Source: Leidyana gryllorum EB-2025a
Lineage: Eukaryota; Protista; Apicomplexa
NCBI GenBank assembly: GCA_048772705.1
Contig: JBLWGC010000104.1
Span: forward strand, 620,001-684,000
Reading direction: 5' to 3'
Length of the DNA: 64,000 bases
The translations under genes and the position numbers were made by a program. Positions 39,745-51,202 of the stretch are shown one piece after another. The first letter of the stretch is position 1; every line of letters starts with the position of its first letter. The notes under the pieces are model-generated. The model made no database searches and was not told the DNA's origin. It saw only the letters and a list, made by a program, of their open reading frames with translations.

Positions 39745-39760
39745 CGCAAAAAAAGTCGGT
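39745..39760. promoter_or_regulatory. Candidate core-promoter motif CGC(A)6-7GTCGGT
   Basis: Lies in the 76-bp GBP2/RRS1 divergent spacer. A near-identical copy at 27465-27479 sits just upstream of another gene start. Confidence 0.45.
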
Positions 39761-39778
39761 CGACTACCATAACGTGCA

Positions 39779-40418
39779 ATGGTCATCTGTTTTCATCATC
39801 TAATAGCCCTCAATTCGGAGGCAGTTCCCTCACCCGAGACCAATACGGAGTGAGTATTCTTTTTGGGTATCCCACATTCTCTCATACAGAGACTATTTGA
39901 CACACTCCCGCTCCAATGTCAAGACAATGCTCCATACCATCTTCACTGAACTCCCCCGCGAGACCACTGATGAAGGTGTTGTAGCTGTCCTGCCGCCTAT
40001 TCACGAGGCTAAGGTCAAGTTGCCCCGCACCCTTCCGGTAAGTGTTGACCCACCTGCGAGACCCTTCGCAATGCCATTGCCCTCTCAGATGCCGACACCT
40101 AAGCCTAAGACTCGCTGGGAGAAGTTCGCCAAGGAAAAGGGAGTGCAGAAAGTGAAGAAGAACCGGTTGGTGTTCGACGAGGCTGATCAAAACTGGAAAC
40201 TGCGATATGGAGGCCGCTCCCTGAAGAAGACCCAAGAGAAACGTGAATTCCTCATAGAACATAAAGCTGGCAGCGACCCTATGATCGATCCTTTCGAGGA
40301 GCGTTCCAACGCCAAAAAACTCAGAATCGCCAAGCAAAAGATGCAGGAAGTTCACAACAAGGTTCAAGCCGCTGGCTTCCGTTTGGGACGCGCTGGCAGA
40401 CACAAGTCCGCCAAGTGA
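39779..40418 (+). CDS. RRS1: Ribosome biogenesis regulatory protein RRS1, 2 exons
   Basis: PKPKTRWEKFAKEKGV.K.KK..LVFDE....WK.RYG signature. First exon from ATG 39779, intron ~39850-39889. Confidence 0.88.
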
Positions 40419-40511
40419 ACTTTTTTCGCAAACTGTCCGAGCGGTGCTCGCGACCTATAAATATATATGTGTATTTGTATACCACAGTCGCTATTCACTA
40501 CTCTTCTCTTA

Positions 40512-40826
40512 TCATCTTCCTTTCAACTCCTTGTCGAACTCCTTACCAATGTGTGTAAACACATCAAACAGATCAGCGATGGCGCTGTCCAGCACCTCCA
40601 AAGCGGGCTTATTCACGGTCTGCAGCCTCAAGTTGATCTCGGCTTTCGTTGGGTGAGGTATGGTGTATCCAGCAAACTCCACATCCACTCTTCGGCACAA
40701 CATTGCCCTCAACGAGTTCCCCAGAGAGTGGTCCTCGTCCGATACGGTGAATGTCATGTTATTACTAACTAACGCATTGTCATGAGCGATGGGGTCTTGA
40801 GTTTCGACCAAAGGTTGGAAGCTCAT
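40512..40826 (-). CDS. POLR1D: RNA polymerase I/III subunit AC19 (RPAC2)
   Basis: TF...DEDHSLGNSLR..L.....VEFAGYTIPHP....INLRLQT. Confidence 0.92.
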   Translation of the reverse strand: MSFQPLVETQDPIAHDNALVSNNMTFTVSDEDHSLGNSLRAMLCRRVDVEFAGYTIPHPTKAEINLRLQTVNKPALEVLDSAIADLFDVFTHIGKEFDKELKGR

Positions 40827-41040
40827 CTTCGAATATCCGGCCGAAAAAATAAAAAAAGCTTGCTGTCAAGTGGCTACCAATCCATAGCCACTGGGCAACA
40901 TTCAAATCCCCTCGAATCCAATCAACGATCAATCTCTGTCGAAAGGATACTCCTTTGGTAAAATTACCCTATTGCGATTTGAAACACACAATCCTTTCGC
41001 ATTTATCCCCACGCACACACTTTAAGATCACATCTGGATC

Positions 41041-43122
41041 TTAATGTTTCCGCTCGTGGGTTTCTGGACTGTGTGTAGCTTCAGTCGAAGTGGAAGTAGG
41101 TGGCGAAGTGGGCAGCTGCCCGGCAGCAACGCCCGCCTTGAGGGCTTCCTGTAGTGCAGCAAACTCCTCAGCACCGTAAACTGTCACTCTTCCGGCATCG
41201 GCACTCTGCAGTATGACCTCCTGGAATCCCTCCTGGTACCCCTTTTCCATAGCCTCCTCGCGTAATTCAGGTGTCTCCACACTGTTTCCGGGAGCCCATT
41301 GGAGGAGACACACGCGGAACAAACCAGTGGAGGCCATATGGACATTTTTGAAAATAAGGAAGCCCTGAATACAAAGGATATGCAGTGCGCTGATCTGCAT
41401 CACCTCACCTTGCTGTGGGTCCCATCGGGTATATCATAGATATCTGGTTGCATAATGTGTCCAGGTTGACCGTCTGCCAGTTGCAGAGATTCGCTGATGA
41501 GCTTCACAAAGTCAGCATCCTCAGACAGAGTACACGGCGTGTGGTAATTGACGATCAGCAAGCGTACACACCGGGAGGGATTATCAACAGGTATACCCTA
41601 AACAAATATTGACATCGTCGCCTCCCGAGTATCAGTTACTCACGATAGTATTCTCCTGGGACCCGGCGACCATCAAATAATGGCCTCCGGTCAGTGGTCG
41701 GATGTCACCACATCTGAGGGTGTTGGCTGGGCACTGATAGCGTGCAGCGTCATCGAACGGGAAACATTCGGCCAATTTGTCTGTCCCTCCCTTCACAATC
41801 TTCTCTTCCGTTGATTCGGGTTTGTAACAGTGCTTCGGAGACTTGGGATGCCCCGCACAGTCTCGGGGATGGCAGATCATGGGACACTGCATAGCCCTCA
41901 ATACCGCCATGTCATTGATGTCTCCGCCATTCTCCGCAACTTGTGTAAGATTCAGCCGGACAGATCGCACCTGGACGGGGGTCGATAAGAAGTCCCGGAC
42001 TTCTTCGCCAAATAATTGATCCTGTTTCTGATACACTTCTTTCAGTTGCCCCTGCAGCTGCTCTTCCTGATCGTGCAGTTTTTCTGCTTCCTCCTTCCCC
42101 ATCTCAACTTTGATCGCCTTTAATACACTCCGAGCGGTCCCGACTGACCGTTCCGCAACTCCCATTAGCTGCCGGAAGGCTTCGTGATTCTCAGGAACGC
42201 CTTGAGTCACATCTTTACTTCCCACATCGCTCTTCGCTGACGCGTGCAGCTCGTTCTCCACTGCCGTATTGCGGTCAACAGGCACCACCACCGGGGCGAT
42301 CCCTGCTGCACCCGCTACCGAAGCAGCTCTGGCCGCGGGCGCGGAGTTGAGAGCGATCGGAATAGTCTGAGGCGAAACAGTGCTCGCCGTCTGCATATCG
42401 GTACCCTCAGTCGTCGAGAGACCCGTCTCCAGAACTCGTCTGGTTTCCTCCTGTTGATCTTTGGCTTCTTTGTCCAATACAGCTTCCACAGGGTTCGCGG
42501 TGGTCGACTCTGATACCCCAACACTTGTAACCGTGGCGGTGGACGATGGTACTGCCGTCGTCGAAGACCCTCCATTGGTACTGGTCACCGTGTTGCTCGA
42601 GCTGATCTGAGTGCTGGGAGCAGCAGGCGGGATGGCGGTGGTCGACTTTGCCGCAGCAGTTGTAACTGTCGCCAGGGTGGCAGGAGGAACCTTTGTAGTC
42701 GTGGTGGTCACACCCTTCGCTTTAGTCTTCTTCTTCTCAGCAGTCTTTGCAGTGGTTGTTGTCGTCGGTTTCTTCGTCGTTGCTTTCTGAGTTGTCGCCT
42801 TCTTGGTAGCCGCCGTCTTCTTGGAGGCGCTTGTCGAGGACACTGCTGCACTCGGTGCAGCTCTGGCTGCTGTTGCCAGCGCTACTGGCTTCACCGTCGT
42901 GGTATTGACAGCCGCTTTATCATCTTTGGCCTTCCCTTTGGCTGCCATCAGCCTTCGTGGCGGCGCACCACCACTGAATCCGGTGAGCAAGTTGCCAGAA
43001 TGATCAGGAAGTGCCTCTGTTGGTGCGGCAGCATTCCCCAAACCAGGGCTAGAAGACGAGGTTGGAGCCGCCAGGACACTCAACAGTGTCGTGGCTGACA
43101 GAATGCATAGGGAGCATCTCAT
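41041..43122 (-). CDS. Secreted mucin-like (Thr/Ser/Ala/Lys-rich) protein with coiled coil and Cys-rich C-terminal domain, 3 exons
   Basis: Signal peptide MRCSLCILSATTLLSVLA, poly-Thr tracts and Cys cluster CPMICHPRDC...CYKP...ECFPF...CPANTLRC. Introns near 41600-41643 and 41365-41409. Confidence 0.7.
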
Positions 43123-43240
43123 GGGGCCCTACGTACTTGTAGCCTTATCTTTCCGCTGCATGCAGCCTTTACGTGTTGCAGAGCGGTCTATGTGATGTCC
43201 ATAGTACATTAAGATTATGATCGTCTCATAGTGTTGTAAA

Positions 43241-44385
43241 TTAACGCGCGTGGGCCTTCAACCACTCAGCAGGAGATAACACCTTTTTCTTAAGTGGCGA
43301 CGGCTTCACATCCTGGGCAACTGCAATGTAACGGGGCTCTTCGGCCTCGGATACTTCATCTTCGTAGTCGTCGTCCGACACCAAACTTGGTGGCGAAGCG
43401 AAGTGACTGACTTCCGTAACGGTCTGAGGAGGCAGTGCACTCACATCCACGCCATGGGCCGCCAAAGAAGCTGGAGACGGAAGCTTACGGTTGAGCGCAA
43501 GGAGGCCAGCCGTGAAATCTTTGTACCGCACCCGACTGCCCGCACGACTTCCGGTGAGCTCCACCAAGTTGGACACGTCAGCCGCAGATACGGGGTCGCC
43601 CAGTGACGACATGACGGTCTGCAGAGCGAATTCGCTGATGGTACCATCATTCTTGACATCCAAAGTCTTGAACGCGGAAACGAGGAATTCCTGATCTTGG
43701 TCTTCAGTATGCGCAATAGACTTGATGAATGCGTCGAACTGCTGTTCGTTCACAGTACCACCGGCATTCGCCAACCGCTTCTCATCTTCGACTGATGGAA
43801 CAAAACCCAAGTGGCGTGCCAATGCCACCGCTGCAGCCGGCTCGAGTCCGCCCTTGCCACCAGACATGGCCTTCCAGACTTCCTCGCGATAGGCAAGCAT
43901 CTTCGGCTCTTCCTTGAAGGCAGGAGGCTCAGCAGGCTTTGCCGGACGTGCTTTGCGTGTGCGCTTCTTGTCGCCATGCTTACGAGCGCGGCGGCTGATG
44001 ATCTTCTTCCGCCCAGGCCACACTTCATTAGGGTCCGGTTGAGGACCGGGAATGGGGCCACAGAGACATACATATGCTGCCCATCCAAGGTTCTAGCAGA
44101 TTGAAAATGTGTGCGGTGCTCGTTCGAGACACTACTCACCGTTTGAGGACCACGTTCGCGACCAGTCATCCATTTGAGTTCGTCATAGGTGATCCGCTGG
44201 TAGGGATTGTACTCGTCCTGGAAGTACTTCTCCTGTTCCATAGCCTTGCGATCAGACTCAGACAGAGGGGCTCGAACTTGACTCCGTTCATGGTGCTTTC
44301 TTTCTTTGGTGGGTTGCGGAATATGATGTTCAGCAATAGCGGGGCTCGGAGCCGCTGCAATTTGCTCAGGCGTGTTCGAATCCAT
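43241..44385 (-). CDS. Myosin light chain / calmodulin-like EF-hand protein (apicomplexan ELC-like core) with N- and C-terminal extensions
   Basis: ALARHLGFVPS, AFKTLDVKNDGTISEFALQTVMSSLGDPVS, RVRYKDF. Likely intron near 44095-44139. Confidence 0.7.
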
Positions 44386-44456
44386 GTTTCACTGTATCAA
44401 TCAACTGCACGTAGCTTCGTACCTGTTGGCACAATTGAACGAATGTAGACACATTT

Positions 44457-47298
44457 ATGGGTCGCCAGATTCTTATTAAGATAATCAATCGCTCATCGTA
44501 AGAACTGAGCATTTCTGAGCGATGTGACAGTGTAGACTGGTATGGTATCGAACCCAGCATTCTCTAAGCCATGCAAGTTGGGCCTCCCAACCGGCTGAGG
44601 CTCTGAGTAAGCGAACCACCCACCGAGTAATGTGACGTCCCGTTCCTACAGAGCCCAAGACCTCCGTGGAGTTCCTACTGAAGGCTTCGAGCGATATGAC
44701 CTGCATTTTAGCCTATGGCTTTGTTCTGCGCAATGTACACTACACTTGCGTTATGGAGATTTTGTGCAAGAACAACACCATCAGCGCTCGGCTGGTGCTG
44801 ACGCAGAGCAAAGATGGGGACCACGGGGTCTACAAGGCGACAGAGCTGGTAACGGCTGAACGTAATGTTGATGAGAATGGGGTACGTACGGACTTGCATG
44901 CGGAGAACAACCCGAGATGCCTGCCTCAGCCACAAGTGACCTTCATGTTGGGATTGACCACTCAAGGTCAACAATATGTGGAGGGTGAGTGCGCACTGCG
45001 TCTTCTCGCTGAGTTCCTTCCAACTAATTCTGTACAGAATGCATGGAGGAATTGATAATGAAGGAGCAACGGATGCTGTCTCAGTGGACAAGTTCCTTGA
45101 GGCACCCTCCCCCCGAGACCAGCATTGATTCTCGGAACAGTAATGCGTTGGAGAACGATCCCGACTTTGTGCCCGTGAACGCTGGAGACGATGATTCTGC
45201 TGTGAGCAGACAGTCCTCAACAGCTTCAAGCGACGATGAAGAGATTTGCGTGCTGGATGGATTAGCTCCATACAAACGAGTTCTACGAACTGTCGGTCAA
45301 TGTCCAAGTTTATTGCTCAATCGTCTCTTGATGGCCAGTCTGCGTCGACGCGTCCCCAACAGCTTCGCTTGGTGTGTTGATAATCACTTGTGGCGGGTAA
45401 GGCGGCGCAGTGCGTGTGCCCGAACCCATAAATCTTCCCCAGAAACGATTGAGGACGGGCAAACAGTCGATATTGATCCGGGTGGTCAACAATACGCCGT
45501 AAGATTGTTATCCGACGCGCCCACTCGCGCTAAAACTGTCTAATTACCAGCTATATCTTTGCGTGGTTCACCGGCCGCGATGAACTGGATGACTGCGCTT
45601 GGGCCGAATTCCCGAGTACCCTTATCCCTCCCCATTGTGCCAGTGAATTCGGCATCACCAGTCCGGCTCTTAGAGGCTACAAAGGGGTTTTCCAGTATAC
45701 TATCGAGGACGATAGAGAACGAGATGTTGGCCGCTTGAGCTTCAATTTCGAATTTGTATCGTCAACATTGAAACTGAGGAGCTCTGGCCGTTTCGTACCC
45801 TCTGATACCGTTCGCGATGTCAGTTTGATTATTGAGAAGTGAGGAATGTCATCAAGTCACTGCTCTCTCTCTCAATCCCAACTCCCTCTTCTCCTGTCAG
45901 GTGTTCTGAGAATCTCAATGAAGCCAGTCTGATCTTCCACGTGACAGACCTCGACAACCGACCGTATATTCAGATCACTAACGCCTTTGCTCTTCCGAGT
46001 GTGCCAAGTTTGAAAGCGGCTGGCGGTCACCGACCACACTTTGGGGCCGACGACTATGAGCAGAGGTTGCCCAAGTGGATCGATGCACATACACACAATG
46101 GTCTGAATCTGAATATCAAATTAAACGACAAAATCCTCGCTGATGCCACACTTACGGCGGCCCGGAAGCGGAGTTTGGCATCAGAGTGCGCCGACCGGGC
46201 AGCAGGGCCTCCCACACTCTTTGTCGCCGATCGAAGTGCTTTTTGGTTCCTGAGTCTCTTCGATCTGCCTCAGCAACCTGGTCGTGGGTCTGCTCAGGGA
46301 TCGCAGGAGCGGCTGACAGGCAGACTCACAACGGCACCCAATCCCAGTCCTCCGTCTTTGATGGATCCGCGAGCCCTCAAGTTGGTGTTCTTTCAGCACT
46401 GGCGCGTTCCATCAGTGCGTGCCCTGCTCACCGATCTCGGGGTCGGGGGGAAGTCTTACAGAGCGCTTTACTTGGAGTATAAGATTGGGCCGGAAGTGTT
46501 TCGCAACGTTTGGGACTACTTTGACCCGGTTGACCTCAATAGTGCCAAGGCCGGAGGCGTGAACGAAGATCGGCCACTGCTCTTGTCGAGCAGTTTTGTC
46601 GACTTCCGATTGTCTCTCCCTCCGCCCACTTTAAGCCACCTGGTCCAGTGGCAGGACGCATTGGTTCAGGGCACCCTTACAGATCAATTGGCTTTGGCCG
46701 CGGAAGCGGTGCACGGGTCAACACGAGCGCGACGACTGCGGGAGACTACTCATGAGGCACTGCGGACGTTCTCCAGCAATCTGCAAGAGAGACTGGTGCA
46801 GACAATACCACATGAGCACTCCAAGGGCAGAACCCTGAAACAGTGGATACAGCAATGTCAAGTGCCCAACAAATTCATCTGGGAACAATACGGACGTCAG
46901 GTGGTCGATTGTGAAGGATTGCTCTATGTGATGGTGAGTTCCCGTCGTGGTCGTCTGTCTGTGTCCCTGTTGACTGGAGGATTTCAACTTAGGCACACTT
47001 TTGGAGCGACGGGTTGGATGTAATCTTCCCCGAGGGGAGAGACATTATTAAGCCTCTGGGAGTTTTGTCATCGTTCTGGTCGTCTCAGGATATGAGTCAG
47101 GTGGATGAGGAATTGGTCATCAAAGCATTGCAGAGGGCAGAATTGATTCTTAAGCGGTTGGGTGATCCCGAGGCCGCGGTGGAGATTGCAAACTACCGTC
47201 AGAATCTGCAGAGTGAGCCTCCACGGAACCCCTGCAAGCGCAGTTTGGAAGGGTTGCCCGGTGTTGGCTGGTCTCTGACATCAGGATATGACGGTTAG
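44457..47298 (+). CDS. Multi-exon hypothetical protein with aegerolysin/Cry34(ET79)-like beta-sandwich repeats
   Basis: ATG 44457. Introns 44498-44535 and 44607-44651 give MGRQILIKIINRSSLVWYRTQHSLSHASWASQPAEALKPKTSVEF. An exon at ~45551-45838 (not in the ORF track) encodes LDDCAWAEFPSTLIPPHCASEFGITSPALRGYKGVFQYTI. The gene is well supported; the fold call is tentative. Confidence 0.55.
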
Positions 47299-47356
47299 CG
47301 GGCTGGTCATGTGCACGTGGTCTCCCAGGACACCAGCCGCTCAGCTTGCATGCAAG

Positions 47357-48896
47357 ATGGAACACAGTTGTTGTGAAGGGGGGGTAGACAATGGGGGCCC
47401 TTCACCCTATGCCCCCTTCTCCTCACGTCGCTGTCACTCTGTCTCGGCCCCGCACATCCGCAGACCGCCTCCGTTTGCGTTGATGCCCAACTCGAAACGG
47501 GAGTATCCCCGCGAAATGTCCTTTGTGCGGATGTACAGGTGAGCAGTGTCATCCGATCGTATGGAGACAGACTGTGGAATGCAGAAATGGACGAAATGCA
47601 ATAACTAATTCAAACCAAGCGATTCAGGTTAGTCTGCCGTTCTCGCATGTGCTCCACTCTCCTCTCCAACAGAGAGAGAGAGAGAGAGAGACTCGGTATC
47701 TACTTGTTACACCACTCACTCTGTAAACGTGTGTGTCTATGCAGGATTTCGCCGCCGCGTTGCCTGGTCGACTCGACCGACTGGGACGGAAGATACGGAA
47801 GAGACTGACTTGTGCTCACTGGCTGGATGAGGACAGTGAGTTTGGCGGGTTTGATCGAGTTGGAGATGCCCTGGTGGACTGGGAGAATTCCGTCCTAGTC
47901 ACACCTCTGCGGAGAGGCAGGGGTACAGATAGATATCGGGACCGCGATGAGTCTCAGCCTCACTTTGGAGGCGACGACCCGTATGATGATGACGATCAGA
48001 ACTCATTAGCGACCACACGCTACATCTCACCCACCAGTCGCAGAACATCGCGATCCTCAGCAGCCACTTGTGCTCAGCACCAATGTACGTGTCCAAATTC
48101 CACAGGCACAGGCACTTTCTCGAAAAATCGGTACCTATCTCCCACTCCTGACGCAACTAATCGCTATCTCTCCCCGAGTCGCGAAGTTACCACAGCGAGT
48201 GGTGGCCCTCATCAGAGACGAGTCTTCACCACGACCGCGGGGTCTGCTCCCAGCACCCATAGGAGTCAGCCGCCTCCGCCTCCATCACACCCAGATCCTC
48301 GGTGCACGTGTGAACACGTTTACGCGCCCGAGAGGATTGCAATACCTCGGGAGCGTCTGCGTGAGCCCCCCAATAATAATAGCAGCAAAGAAGACGTGAA
48401 GATACATAGTGCATTTATAACACCTTCAATCAAGTTCCAGGCGGAGAACGAAACCATTACGAAAGAGTTACCACGTTTCCAGGTGTACAGCGATGGCAAA
48501 CATTTCTTCACTTCGCCGCCCGGACAGGAGGTGAAAGCTGAGATTGACATTGGGAGTGAGCACGCATTGCATGCGAACAGTGAGGGTACGAACAGAGAAG
48601 ACAATAACAACATCGAGATGGTGAGCCCCAATCAGCCGCGTACAGAAGTATGGCCCATTGAGGAGAACAAGATGTATGAGATCGCGCAAGGTCCACCAAC
48701 GATTCAAGTGATTCCCTTGGGTCAACAACAACGACGAGTGTTTTCAACTAACAAGAAACTTTGTCCCTGTGACGGTGGTTTAGTCTGGAGGAGAGTGACG
48801 GGACGGAACGCAATGGACCTGATACAATTGCCTCAGTCGGCTGGATTGCCAGCACCGCCGCCGTTACATCCCCATTTGGCACATGACCGATATTAA
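47357..48896 (+). CDS. Hypothetical low-complexity protein, multi-exon
   Basis: Long final exon ~47745-48896 after a TGCAG acceptor. Duplicated NRYLSP motif. 5' exons uncertain. Confidence 0.5.
47671..47690. repeat. (AG)n microsatellite in a probable intron
   Basis: agagagagagagagagagag read directly. Confidence 0.9.
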
Positions 48897-49260
48897 TGAC
48901 TACCGAAATAGGTGTCTTCTTCGCGATTGGTTCAGCAGCACGTCCGAACAATTCAAGAGTAAATGAGCAGCACTTATCGCTATGTGTGATTTGAGTGTGT
49001 AGTTGTTCCGTTCTTTCGTCGGCAGCTTTTTCGGCCTCTCAACTGTAAGTATTGATAATTTAATCTTCCCAAGTCGTAAAAACGCCCTTCCTCTGGCTCG
49101 ATTCAACATCAACCAGCTGTCAGGGGTTTCGGATGGCGCGGGAAGCTTTTCACTACCCACACTCCTACTAATCCATTGCATTCTTACAACTTTCCTCCGC
49201 AGATTCTTCCAGCTAATGGCCTCCAAAGCCTCAAACGGGGAACGGACCCCCTTCTCCTCC

Positions 49261-50369
49261 TCAGTGCTTCTTGAGTCCGAAGACGTAGATGTTGCCGTTG
49301 GAGCTACCCGCGTACAGGTACTCTCCATCAGGAGACCACGACAGGGCAGTGCACCACGGCAGGTGTCTGGAAGGTCTCGGGTGCTTCTCGAACACGTGCA
49401 TGGGAGCGCTGTCCTTGCTGGCGGCCCGCTTCTGGTCCATCAAGTAGACGAACTGAGACTCGGGACGGACGGTCAACTTGACGTCAGACAACACACGCTT
49501 CTTCTCGAGATCCCAGATCTTGATGCCGGACTCGGTGGCAGCACAGAGCCAGTAGTTGCAGGGAGAGAAGCAGAGAGAGTTGATAGGAGCGCCAGCCTCC
49601 AACGAGTAGAGGTGGTTGCCATCAACAACATCCCAAAGCATAGCCCAACCATCGTGTCCACCGGTGGCACAGAGAGATCCATCGGGGGAGATAGTGACGG
49701 TAGTGACGGGGGCGGTGTGACCGCAGAAGTCGTAAACGAGACGGCCCTTCTTGAGGTCCCAAACCTTGGTCATCTTGTCCCAACCACAAGAGACGACGGT
49801 AGCCTTCTCGGTCTCCGGGGAGAAACGAACAGAGCTGACCCAGTCAGTGTGGCCATCCTCAACAAGATGGAACTTCTGCTGACCCAAAGTGTTCCACAGA
49901 CGAATAGTCTTGTCACGAGAACAAGAAATGATCTGACGGTTGTCAGCGGACAGGGCACCACCGTACACATCAGAGGTGTGACCAGTGAACTTTCTGAACG
50001 AATCACCAGTGTTCACATCCCACAGACGCATGGTCTTGTCCCATGAAGTTGACAACAGGTAGTCACCGTAACCACTCATCACCACATCAGAAACGGGTTG
50101 CTTGTGCTTCGACAAGGACTTCATAGCGACGCCAGCCTGACCCTCGTTCGTCATGGACGACTCGGGGTACACATGCCAGACAATCACGTTGCAGTCTGCA
50201 AAGTCAACACAAAGTCTCAGCAGCATCTAGAGTATAACGTACCGCGTGAAGCTGAGGCAATCCGATGGGGAGCATCAGGAGTCGAAGGGGGCACCCAAGT
50301 AGTGGCAATGCTGGTAACCCAGCCGGAGTGCCCTTGGAGCAGGCCCTTATACTCTAGGGTTGCAGACAT
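49261..50369 (-). CDS. RACK1: RACK1/Asc1 WD40 40S ribosomal scaffold, 2 exons
   Basis: LEYKGLLQGHSGWVTSIAT, SWDKTMRLWD, SADNRQIISCSRDKTIRLWN, GHTDWVSSVRFSP, SPDGSLCATGG, FSPCNYWLCAAT. Intron GTACGT...TTGCAG near 50195-50239. Confidence 0.96.
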
Positions 50370-50682
50370 GCTACGCCGCGATATCAAAACAAATTTTTTA
50401 TCCCTCTTTTGTGTCACCCAGCGCGTTTCGTCCCCTTTAAGTCTGGACCCCAATTTTTATTCACTCCAAGACCAACCAGATACATCACAGCAGCTTCCAG
50501 CGCCCAACAGCCCCATCCACAGCTGTCTGGGCTCCTTTAAAGCTGCAATAACAACCTCCCACTGTTTGAGCGGCTCTGACTCTGTAGCAGACGCCGTATA
50601 GAAAGCTGGGTACAAAGCCTGACTTACTGCACAGACTTCTCCATGTCCTGTCAAATGGAGTGAATCATGGATATGCCTGCCT

Positions 50683-50823
50683 TCGAATGATGACAATCAC
50701 TTTGCCTGTCCGAATCTGGGGCCCCAACTGCGAGCGAACGGTTTTATACCTGTTAGCTTGGCAGAGTGGACAAGCCCGCGGCAGATAATGGGGCGCTACT
50801 TGGCTAAGAACGGCTCTGATTCG
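50683..50823 (+). ncRNA. Box C/D snoRNA, copy 1 (18S rRNA antisense elements)
   Basis: Box C ATGATGA 50687-50693, box D CTGA 50816-50819, terminal stem CGAA/TTCG. GGCTAAGAACGGC upstream of box D is complementary to the conserved 18S sequence GCCGUUCUUAGUU (two G-U pairs). Duplicated at 50931. Confidence 0.85.
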
Positions 50824-50930
50824 TAACATATGCATTGCGGCAATCCATTCCATCGTTCGCACCCTGCGTGTCTCGTGTGTACCGAACTCCTTTTATCGCT
50901 TGCGTGTCCCATCTTCTGCTACAATGTGAC

Positions 50931-51067
50931 TGGATGATGACAATCACTTTGCCTGTCCGAATCTGGGGCCCCAACTGCAAGCCGGAGGATTAAACTCCTC
51001 GTTCGTAGAGTGGACAAGCCCGCAGCAGATAATGGGGCGCTATTTGGCTAAGAACGGCTCTGATTTG
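50931..51067 (+). ncRNA. Box C/D snoRNA, copy 2
   Basis: Box C 50934-50940, box D 51060-51063. Near-identical to copy 1 except for the central hairpin. Confidence 0.85.
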
Positions 51068-51202
51068 AGATAGACTTTGTATTTGGACCTACAAATGGTT
51101 TTGGTAGTACTTTATTGATTGCGCACTAGTCCTCAAAACCCCCTCATCAACTCCGTCTGATAGGTGCTGAGAGTGTAGGATCCCCATAAATTCATTCCAA
51201 GA

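Noticed and set aside
49003-50046. 347-aa + strand ORF
   Set aside because: Antisense shadow of RACK1 caused by its biased codon usage; no ATG start and no motifs.
50683-51067. rRNA pseudogene fragment, CRISPR repeat or transposon LTR/TSD as the explanation of the duplication
   Set aside because: The two 18S-like segments are antisense and in swapped order relative to rRNA, identity is bounded by C and D boxes, there are only two units, and no cas or transposase gene is present.
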